A stretch of 42,349 bases of DNA from Gammaproteobacteria bacterium. Lineage in GTDB: Bacteria > Pseudomonadota > Gammaproteobacteria > Natronospirales > REEB76. Location: assembly GCA_018971365.1 (NCBI GenBank), contig JAGXAZ010000002.1, positions 1 through 42,349 on the forward strand, given 5' to 3'. The notes beneath the pieces are model-generated. The model was given only the letters and a program-made list of their open reading frames with translations. It ran no database searches and was not told the DNA's origin. The position numbers and the translations under genes are program-made. The stretch's first letter is position 1. Each line of letters opens with the position of its first letter. Below are positions 16,683 through 23,592 of the stretch, in pieces.

Positions 16683-18851
16683 TCAGAAGGATTTTGTCAA
16701 CCCCAGGAAAAATCCACGCCGCGGACCGTACTGTGGCGCGCCCACGCCAATGCCGCTACCACTACGGATTTGGTACACCCTATCGAACAGGTTGACGATC
16801 ACGAAGCGCATGGTGATATCGCCCACGCGCGGCAAGCTGAAATTGCGGCTGGCGCTGGCATCGAACTGCGCGTAGAACGGCAGGCTGCCGGTATTGGCAA
16901 ATCCGCTGCGCAGACCGCTGCCGAAAATTGCATCCAGGCTGTAGCGCGTACCGGCCCGGTTGTAGGCCACGCCCCCTGAAGCGGTCCAGGTCTGGTCGTG
17001 ATCCAGATGCACGTAGTGATCCGAGATGTAGGCGAGTTCCGCCGCATCGAAGTTGTACTGGCCCGAAACTACTTGATTGCCGAGTGCGCGGCCGTAGGCC
17101 AGGTTGAAATAAAACGACAGATTTTCTTGCTGGTAGCTGGTGGTGAATTCCACGCCCCAGATGCGGCCACGGGCGTAGTTGAAGGGCGAGAACACCAGCG
17201 CCTGGCCGAACTGGCCTTCGTCCAGCAGATTACGCGCGTCCTTGTAGTAGCCGTCCACACCCATCTGCCAATTAGGAGTGAGCACATGGCTGACGCCCAG
17301 ATCGTAGTAATTGTCGCGTTCGGCGCGCACATCAGTGTTGACGTTGCTGGGCAACGCGTTGGTGGTGTTCTGGAACAGCGCGATATCGCGCGGCGCGATT
17401 AGCTCCAGCGTGGGCGGCGTGAAGTAACGCGAATAACCGCCGTGCAGGCTGGTGGTCTCGCTCAGTTTGTACACGAAATTGAGCCGTGGACTCAACTGGT
17501 CTTCGCGCATGTAGCCATTGGAAACGTCGTAACGCAGACCGTAGTTGAGCGTGAAGCGCTCGCTCGTCTGCCACTGATCCTGCAGATAGGCGCCGTACAA
17601 CTCGCCATTCTTGCCGGTGTCATCCACGATGGTGAACGGTACATCACTGGTCTGGCTGCCACCGGCATCAGCCGGGAACACCGACGAGCCATTGTTGCTG
17701 GTGGTGCGCTCCTGATCCACGAACAGGCCCCAGCGCAGCGTGTGCCGGTCGTTGAGCACGTAGCTTGTGTCCTCCTGGACGCCGGTGGCGATGTTACGGC
17801 GGAATACCTGCGCCGCTACACCGTTGTAGATCAGGTCGCCGATCGGGTCGGGACGATAGTCAATGCTGGAGTAGCGGCTGAAGAGCGCCACCTGGTAATT
17901 GAGCGCGTCCTGGATACCCTGCAGTGAAACGATGCCGTAATCATCCAGATCGCGCTGAGTTTCATTTAATTCGGCCGAGGGATAGTCGCTCACGCCCTGC
18001 AGTTGATAGAACGGCTGCTGGCCGGGACTGTTGGGGATCTGGAAGTTGCCAAGCGCATGGCCGGCAATGAAACTCAAACGCAAGTCGGAATCGAGGAGAT
18101 ACGAGGCATAGCCGAAAGCGCGGCTCTGCTCGGTGTAATCGTGGATCGGATTGGATGGCATGGGCGATTCGATGCCGAGATCGCTTTGCAGATAGCTGCC
18201 GGTGACGTAGTAATCCAGTTTGCCGACGGTGGCACCGTAATCCACGCTTGGCTGGATGGTTGCGTGGCTCCCGCCATACAGGTCCACTGTGCCGCCGCTC
18301 TGTTGCAGACCGTCGTTAGTGGTGATGTTAACGATACCGGCGGTGCGGTAACCGTACTGTGCCGGCAGTGCGCCGGTGAGGAAATCAATCCTGCTGATGA
18401 AACGTGTGCCGAGCGTATCGCCGAAGCCGCTGATGGGTTCCGGCAGGATTACGCCGTTGATACGGTACTGGATGTCGGCGTGGTCGCCACGCACGTGCAA
18501 CTGGCCGAAGGAGTCCTGGGCCACACCCGGTGCCTGCAACAGCACGTTTTGCAGCGGCGCGTTGTAGCCCTGCGGCAGGGTCGCGATGGATTGCACATCG
18601 AAGCGGTAGCTGCTGGTGCCGGTTTCCGGGTTAAGCGTGTCGCGCGCCACGTTAAGGCGCTCGCCCTGCACCTGCACAGTACCGAGATGGACAGTTTCAG
18701 GAATGCCCGTCGCTTTCTCGGAGGTGGCGGCTGTCGGGGCCGGTGTGGCCGCGGGCACGGGTTGGATGCTCGCAGTTTCCGCCGCATGAGTCTGAACCGT
18801 GACAAGCAGGGCGCCTGCCAGCAGCGGCAACACCACAAAAATGCGTTTCAT
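16683..18851 (-). CDS. TonB-dependent outer-membrane receptor
   Basis: 722 aa. Signal MKRIFVVLPLLAGALLVTVQTHA. Plug motifs (LQNVLLQAPGVAQDSFGQLHVRGDHADIQYRINGV, GALPAQYGYRTAGIVNITT). Long barrel ending RRGFFLGLTKSF. SD AAAGGAG. Confidence 0.9.
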   Translation of the reverse strand: MKRIFVVLPLLAGALLVTVQTHAAETASIQPVPAATPAPTAATSEKATGIPETVHLGTVQVQGERLNVARDTLNPETGTSSYRFDVQSIATLPQGYNAPLQNVLLQAPGVAQDSFGQLHVRGDHADIQYRINGVILPEPISGFGDTLGTRFISRIDFLTGALPAQYGYRTAGIVNITTNDGLQQSGGTVDLYGGSHATIQPSVDYGATVGKLDYYVTGSYLQSDLGIESPMPSNPIHDYTEQSRAFGYASYLLDSDLRLSFIAGHALGNFQIPNSPGQQPFYQLQGVSDYPSAELNETQRDLDDYGIVSLQGIQDALNYQVALFSRYSSIDYRPDPIGDLIYNGVAAQVFRRNIATGVQEDTSYVLNDRHTLRWGLFVDQERTTSNNGSSVFPADAGGSQTSDVPFTIVDDTGKNGELYGAYLQDQWQTSERFTLNYGLRYDVSNGYMREDQLSPRLNFVYKLSETTSLHGGYSRYFTPPTLELIAPRDIALFQNTTNALPSNVNTDVRAERDNYYDLGVSHVLTPNWQMGVDGYYKDARNLLDEGQFGQALVFSPFNYARGRIWGVEFTTSYQQENLSFYFNLAYGRALGNQVVSGQYNFDAAELAYISDHYVHLDHDQTWTASGGVAYNRAGTRYSLDAIFGSGLRSGFANTGSLPFYAQFDASASRNFSLPRVGDITMRFVIVNLFDRVYQIRSGSGIGVGAPQYGPRRGFFLGLTKSF

Positions 18852-18960
18852 GTTCCGCTCCTTTATTGCCGGACACCGCGCGCATAACAGGCGCGCCCGG
18901 CCAAGTTATTGTTTCCCACCGCGCTACGCGCACAGGGGTGGACCGCTCAAGCGGCCTCAT

Positions 18961-19305
18961 TCAAGTGAGGGAGGGAGCAGAAAACGGTGGGGCGCGGGGC
19001 TGGGGCCTGAGACTGAACCTAAGAGGAACGGCGGAAGAATCCCGCCGCGGAAGGACATGGCGGTACCAGCCGGCATAACTGACGGCCGGGGTAAGGTTGG
19101 GTTTGAGGAGATTCGGTGCGCCGTGCGCCAGCGTGTGACACACGGGACAGGCGAGCTCAGCCGCGGTGCTGCGGTGCAGATGGATCAGCTCGATGGAATA
19201 GATGCCGACCGTGCAGATCAGCGCCGCCACCACCAGCCAGCGGCGCCAGCTTGCCTGCCGCAACGCCGGATAGAGTCTGCGTGAGGGTTGCGATGCAGCG
19301 ATCAT
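18961..19305 (-). CDS. Small membrane protein with HLH...CPVCH motif (DUF2946-like by recollection)
   Basis: From the ATG at 19305: MIAASQPSRRLYPALRQASWRRWLVVAALICTVGIYSIELIHLHRSTAAELACPVCHTLAHGA... This is one TM helix followed by a His/Cys cluster, directly upstream of and co-oriented with the TonB receptor. Weak SD. The track's longer ORF starts at a TTG at 19392. The Arg/Pro/Ser-rich C-terminal third looks less protein-like. Confidence 0.4.
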   Translation of the reverse strand: MIAASQPSRRLYPALRQASWRRWLVVAALICTVGIYSIELIHLHRSTAAELACPVCHTLAHGAPNLLKPNLTPAVSYAGWYRHVLPRRDSSAVPLRFSLRPQPRAPPFSAPSLT

Positions 19306-19410
19306 TGTTTCAGACTTGCTCTGTGCATTCCTGTTTGCAAATCCAGCTTCCTTGCTGCATCGCCTGCAATGACAGCCTAGCACGACCGCCAATATCCGCC
19401 AAACCGTGAA

Positions 19411-20328
19411 TCAAAACAGCAGGCCAAACCCTGCGCCGATATAGTGCGACCAGCCCCCGAGATTTCCAGACAGCCGCCGCCCGATTTCCGCGTCCAGCTC
19501 GACATCCTGGGCAAACAGATACTGAATGCCGCCATCGGCGTTGTAGCCCGACCCTTGTCCGGGGCCGGTATGCCTCTGTCCATAAACTTCGGCATAGAGC
19601 TGCCAGCGTTCTGCAATTTGCCACGTGGCCACCAAGTCCGGATTCAGGCTCCAGTAGTAAGCGCCCGCCTGCAGGTTCGCAGGCTCCGCGAGATGCGTCA
19701 CGCCGAACATCAGGGTGAGCGCAAAATCCGGCGTCAGGTTATAACCCACGATGCCGTTGACCGCATAGCCGGTGGCGGCCGATCCAAAATCCGGACTCCC
19801 GGAGGGTAGCGTCACCAAGGTTTCGCCGGCCCACAACCACCGGGCGTGGTAGCCGAACTGGTGCTTGAGTCCAATGATCGAAGCGCTGCCGCCAGAGCTG
19901 GTTTGTCCGCCACCGCCGGGCAGCGGCGTCATCACACGATTGACATTCGGTGGCAACAGCACCAACTCGTTATTGTCCGGCAGACCGAAGCGCAATTCGA
20001 GTTGTGGGTAGCTGAGACTGTGGCCACCTCCACTGTCCGGCACGTAACGCGCAACGCCGGCTTCCGACAGCGCCTGACCGGCTTTCACCACACACGGACT
20101 GTCGCCGACAGTCGGCCGGTCAATCGCACTGAGCAGCGCATCCGGTCCGGCGCAGGGATCGGGCGTACCGGATTGAGCAACCGCAGCTTGAAAGTAAGCA
20201 GCACACAACAAAAACAGTATTACGGTAAAAGCAGCTCTGAATAATTCGTCACCCCCGCGAAAGTGGGCGTCCGGGGATTTGGATTTTCTGGATTCCCGCC
20301 TTCGCGAGAATGACGAGAGAGAGCTCAC
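19411..20328 (-). CDS. Outer-membrane beta-barrel transporter-like protein (resembles the MetA-pathway/phenol-degradation OMP family)
   Basis: 305 aa. Hydrophobic signal core FTVILFLLCAAYFQAAVAQ, then IDRPTVGDSPCVVKAGQALSEAGVARY...LELRFGL and C-terminal ...GAGFGLLF. The start is uncertain. The only in-frame start is the GTG at 20328 (GAGG lies 6 nt upstream), but the first ~28 codons are the translation of a REP-like palindrome. Confidence 0.7.
   Translation of the reverse strand: MSSLSSFSRRRESRKSKSPDAHFRGGDELFRAAFTVILFLLCAAYFQAAVAQSGTPDPCAGPDALLSAIDRPTVGDSPCVVKAGQALSEAGVARYVPDSGGGHSLSYPQLELRFGLPDNNELVLLPPNVNRVMTPLPGGGGQTSSGGSASIIGLKHQFGYHARWLWAGETLVTLPSGSPDFGSAATGYAVNGIVGYNLTPDFALTLMFGVTHLAEPANLQAGAYYWSLNPDLVATWQIAERWQLYAEVYGQRHTGPGQGSGYNADGGIQYLFAQDVELDAEIGRRLSGNLGGWSHYIGAGFGLLF
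20247..20315. repeat. REP-like compound palindrome (IPAFAGMT / RGNDE-type element)
   Basis: Left arm cgtcacccccgcgaaagtgggcgtcc (20247-20272) matches the reverse complement of the right arm ggattcccgccttcgcgagaatgacg (20290-20315) at 19 of 26 positions. Each arm is itself a short hairpin. The right arm translates as IPAFARMT on the + strand. Confidence 0.6.
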
Positions 20329-20338
20329 ACCCTACCTC

Positions 20339-23062
20339 TTAGTTAAGGCCGAAGCGCCGCACCAGCCGTCCCTTGGCCCACTGAGTGAGCACGATATAAC
20401 CCAGCATGACGAGCGGCATCAACAACAGAAAAGACACCGGTACCGGTACCATCTGGAAGCCGTGCGCGAATACGCTGAACGGCAGCCAGATGCCGATCAG
20501 GCAGATCAGCAGCGTGGTACCAGCCAGCGCCCAGCTCGGCCGGCTTTGCACGAACGGCACTTTGGCGGTGCGGATCACGTGCACGATGAGCGTCTGGGTG
20601 AGGATGGATTCCACGAACCACGCGGTCTGGAACAGCGGTGCGTTGTGCCAGCCGTCATAAATGAGAATCAGGATGCCGAAGGTGATGTAATCAAATACCG
20701 AACTCAGCGGTCCGATCACCACCATGTACCAGCCAATGTTTTTCAAATCCCACTTGCGCGGCTGGCGCAGATATTCCGGGTCCACGTGATCAGTGGGGAT
20801 CGCAGTCTGGGAAAAATCGTACAGCAGGTTATTCACTAGCACCTGGATGGGCGCCATGGGCACGAACGGCAGAAAGATGCTCGCACCCAGCACGCTGAAC
20901 ATGTTGCCGAAATTGGAACTTGCGCCCATCTTGATGTATTTGACGATGTTACCGAACACCTTACGGCCTTCGAGCACGCCCTCCTCCAGAACCATCAGGC
21001 TCTTCTCCAGCAGGATGATGTCGGCGGATTCCTTGGCTATATCCACCGCCGTGTCCACCGAGATGCCCACGTCCGCCGTCTTGAGCGCCGCACCGTCGTT
21101 GATGCCGTCACCCAGAAAACCCACCACATGGCCGCGGCTGTGCAGCGCGCGGATCACGCGCGCCTTCTGTTCGGGCGAGAGCTTGGCAAACACCGCCGCC
21201 CCCTCGGCCACGTCCGTCAGAGCCTCGTCGTTCATGGCCTCGACGTCGCGGCCGAGCACAATGTGTTCCACTTCCAGGCCCACCTGCGCGCAAATCTTGC
21301 GGGTCACCGCATCATTGTCGCCGGTCAGCACCTTGACCTTGATGCCGTGCTCGCGGAGCTTGGCAATCGCCTGACCGGCGCTTTCCTTGGGCGGGTCGAG
21401 GAAGGCGATGTAGCCGAGAAGCACCATGTCGCTCTCGTCCACGACCGCATATTCGCGCCTGGGCTCGACGATTTCCTTGAAGGCCACGGCGATCACGCGG
21501 AAACCGTCCTGATTGAGCGCCTGGGTAACTTCCTGCAGGCGTGCCAGGTCCTCCGGCACCAGTGGCTTGCGATGGCCGTCCACTTCGGCGTGTGAGCAGA
21601 TGCTGAAGATTTCCTCCACCGCGCCCTTGCAGATGAGCAAATGGCGTGCGTGCTCCTCTTCGACCACCACCGACATGCGGCGGCGCTGGAAATCGAAGGG
21701 GATCTCATCCACCTTGCGGTAATTGCGCTCCGGGTGCAGGTCGGCGTACATCTCGACCCTTTCCAGCACCGCCACGTCCAGCAAATTGCGCAGGCCGGAC
21801 TGATAGTAGCTGTTCAGGAACGCCAGCTCCAGCACCTGTTCGTTGTCGTTGCCGTTCAGATCCACGTGCTTCTCCAGGAACACCTTGTCCTGGGTAAGCG
21901 TGCCGGTCTTGTCGGTGCACAGCACGTCAATGGCGCCGAAGTTCTGAATGGAGTGCAGGCGCTTGACGATGACCTTCTTGCGCGACATGGCGAGCGCGCC
22001 CTTGGCAAGATTCATGGTAACGATCACCGGGAGCATCTCGGGGGTCAGGCCGACCGCCACCGCCAACGCAAACATCAGCGCCTCGAACCAGTCGCCCTTG
22101 GTCAGGCCATTGATCAGGAACACCAGCGGCACCATCACCAGCATGAAGCGGATCATCAGCCAGGTGAAACGATGCACGCCCCTGTCGAAACTGGTTTGCA
22201 CCCGCTCGCTCACCAGGGTTTTCGCCAGCGAACCGAAATAGGTCTGTGTGCCGGTGGTCACCACCAGCGCGATGGCAGTGCCGCTCACCACGTTGGTGCC
22301 CATGAAGCACAGGTTGTTCAGCTCCAGCGCATTGTCGCCGGCCTGTTCCATGGCGGTGGCGAATTTCTCCACCGGCAGTGATTCGCCGGTGAGCGCCGAC
22401 TGGTTGATGAACAGGTCTTTGGCTGACAGCAGACGCACGTCGGCAGGGATCATGTCACCGGCGGACAGCTGCACCAGGTCGCCCGGCACCAGTTCGTCCA
22501 GCGGCACCTGCTGGCGCACCGGCCTGAACAGCAGTTCCGGCGGACCGGCCGCGTCCCCGCGTGCGTCGTCTGGAACGGGAATCGCGTCCTCCACCAGTTC
22601 CTGACGCAGAACCGTGGCCGTGGTCGTGACCATGGCGCGCAGTTTCTCGGCTGCACGGCTGGAGCGTGCCTCCTGAAACCAGGCGAGCGTCACCGCTACC
22701 ACCACCATCAGGGCGATGATGCCGGCGCCCGTAGTATCGCCGGTTACCAGCGACATCACCGACAGCACGATCAGCAGCACGTTCAGGGGATTGCGCACGC
22801 GGACAAACAGCTGGGCCAGCCAGTGCTTTTTCTTTTCCCGCGCCACCGTATTGTGACCATACTGCTCGAGGCGTTCGACGGCCTCGGGCGCGGTCAGCCC
22901 CTGAATGCTGGTGCGGAATTCGTCGAGCGCCTCCTGCGCACCCCGACAGCTGACTTCCAGCAGCCGCGTCGACACCTGCCCGGACAGGCGTTCGCTCCCG
23001 ACCCGGGCGCCGCGTCCTGGACTGAAGACGTTCAACAAAGTGTCGCCGACCTTGCGTTCCAT
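20339..23062 (-). CDS. mgtA: Magnesium-importing P-type ATPase MgtA/MgtB
   Basis: ORF 20339-23113. Motifs: TGESLPVEK, CTDKTGTLTQDKV, KGAVEEI, MVLLGYIAFLDPPKE, LTGDN, GFLGDGINDGAALKTADVGISV. I prefer the ATG at 23062 (MERKVGDTLL...), which has GGTGAG 3 nt upstream. The ATG at 23113 has no SD. Confidence 0.9.
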   Translation of the reverse strand: MERKVGDTLLNVFSPGRGARVGSERLSGQVSTRLLEVSCRGAQEALDEFRTSIQGLTAPEAVERLEQYGHNTVAREKKKHWLAQLFVRVRNPLNVLLIVLSVMSLVTGDTTGAGIIALMVVVAVTLAWFQEARSSRAAEKLRAMVTTTATVLRQELVEDAIPVPDDARGDAAGPPELLFRPVRQQVPLDELVPGDLVQLSAGDMIPADVRLLSAKDLFINQSALTGESLPVEKFATAMEQAGDNALELNNLCFMGTNVVSGTAIALVVTTGTQTYFGSLAKTLVSERVQTSFDRGVHRFTWLMIRFMLVMVPLVFLINGLTKGDWFEALMFALAVAVGLTPEMLPVIVTMNLAKGALAMSRKKVIVKRLHSIQNFGAIDVLCTDKTGTLTQDKVFLEKHVDLNGNDNEQVLELAFLNSYYQSGLRNLLDVAVLERVEMYADLHPERNYRKVDEIPFDFQRRRMSVVVEEEHARHLLICKGAVEEIFSICSHAEVDGHRKPLVPEDLARLQEVTQALNQDGFRVIAVAFKEIVEPRREYAVVDESDMVLLGYIAFLDPPKESAGQAIAKLREHGIKVKVLTGDNDAVTRKICAQVGLEVEHIVLGRDVEAMNDEALTDVAEGAAVFAKLSPEQKARVIRALHSRGHVVGFLGDGINDGAALKTADVGISVDTAVDIAKESADIILLEKSLMVLEEGVLEGRKVFGNIVKYIKMGASSNFGNMFSVLGASIFLPFVPMAPIQVLVNNLLYDFSQTAIPTDHVDPEYLRQPRKWDLKNIGWYMVVIGPLSSVFDYITFGILILIYDGWHNAPLFQTAWFVESILTQTLIVHVIRTAKVPFVQSRPSWALAGTTLLICLIGIWLPFSVFAHGFQMVPVPVSFLLLMPLVMLGYIVLTQWAKGRLVRRFGLN

Positions 23063-23418
23063 GTTCTCACCGCGCGTGCGGATGCCGGCGGTGCAGATAC
23101 CGGCGGTTTTCATCGCATACGATTACGACCGATAGCGCCTGGACCGGAAAACGGTGTGCCGTCTGGCATACACGCCGGCAAAACGCGCAACGCCGCGCGG
23201 GCACACGAGTGTCGGCTGCTGTGACTCTGGAATCAGACATGGCCCGCATGGTTTCTCCGTGTGCCCAACGGCACGCGTCCACGCGGCAAATCGAAATGCG
23301 GCGGGAAACGCGAGCGTCAGACGGTCATGTATATACAGTGACTACCGCAACTGCCCATGCGGGCGCCTCCAACAGCTTTGACGGCGCGCATGCTAGTCCC
23401 GGTCCATTTTCGAGTCAA
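23063..23418 (-). promoter_or_regulatory. Candidate mgtA promoter and long structured 5' leader with an upstream ORF
   Basis: TTGACT (23418-23413), 17 nt, TAGCAT (23395-23390). The leader would be about 320 nt. GGAGAA-acc-ATG at 23258-23247 opens a 60-codon ORF ending at the TGA at 23069-23067, 4 nt before the mgtA ATG. Two GC hairpins are each followed by TTTT (23199-23180 and 23168-23148). Confidence 0.35.
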
Positions 23419-23473
23419 CGGACTTGCGCCGCATTTTGCAGGAATTTTCGCGTATGCCGCAGGTCAAAACCCG

Positions 23474-23504
23474 AAAAAAAAGGCCGGTAATCGCCGGCCT
23501 TTTC
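23474..23504 (-). terminator. Rho-independent terminator downstream of the M16 peptidase gene
   Basis: The reverse strand reads aaaaGGCCGGcgattaCCGGCCtttttttt: a GC stem extended by A/T pairs, a 6-nt loop and a T-run. It lies 89 nt after the stop at 23593. Confidence 0.85.
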
Positions 23505-23592
23505 ATTTCGGATCTACACGCTCCGCCTGCAGGGACCAAACCCGGGTCGCGATCAGCGTCGCGGTCGGGTGTCCCCTGCTGCCCGGCAATTC

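Noticed and set aside
18852-19392. Cobalamin riboswitch upstream of the TonB-dependent receptor (BtuB-like arrangement).
   Set aside because: No B12-box-like GCCACUG core or the surrounding GGGAA/GGUG blocks appear in the - strand sequence. The region instead carries a plausible small membrane-protein ORF.
23063-23592. M-box (ykoK) or enterobacterial Mg2+-sensor leader upstream of mgtA.
   Set aside because: I could not find the conserved M-box blocks as I remember them (GUUAGGUGAGGCU, GACGCCAAUGGG, GCUAAAGCUC). Only a weak resemblance exists (GUUGGAGGCGCC). No proline-rich mgtL-like peptide is present. This needs cmscan to be definitive.
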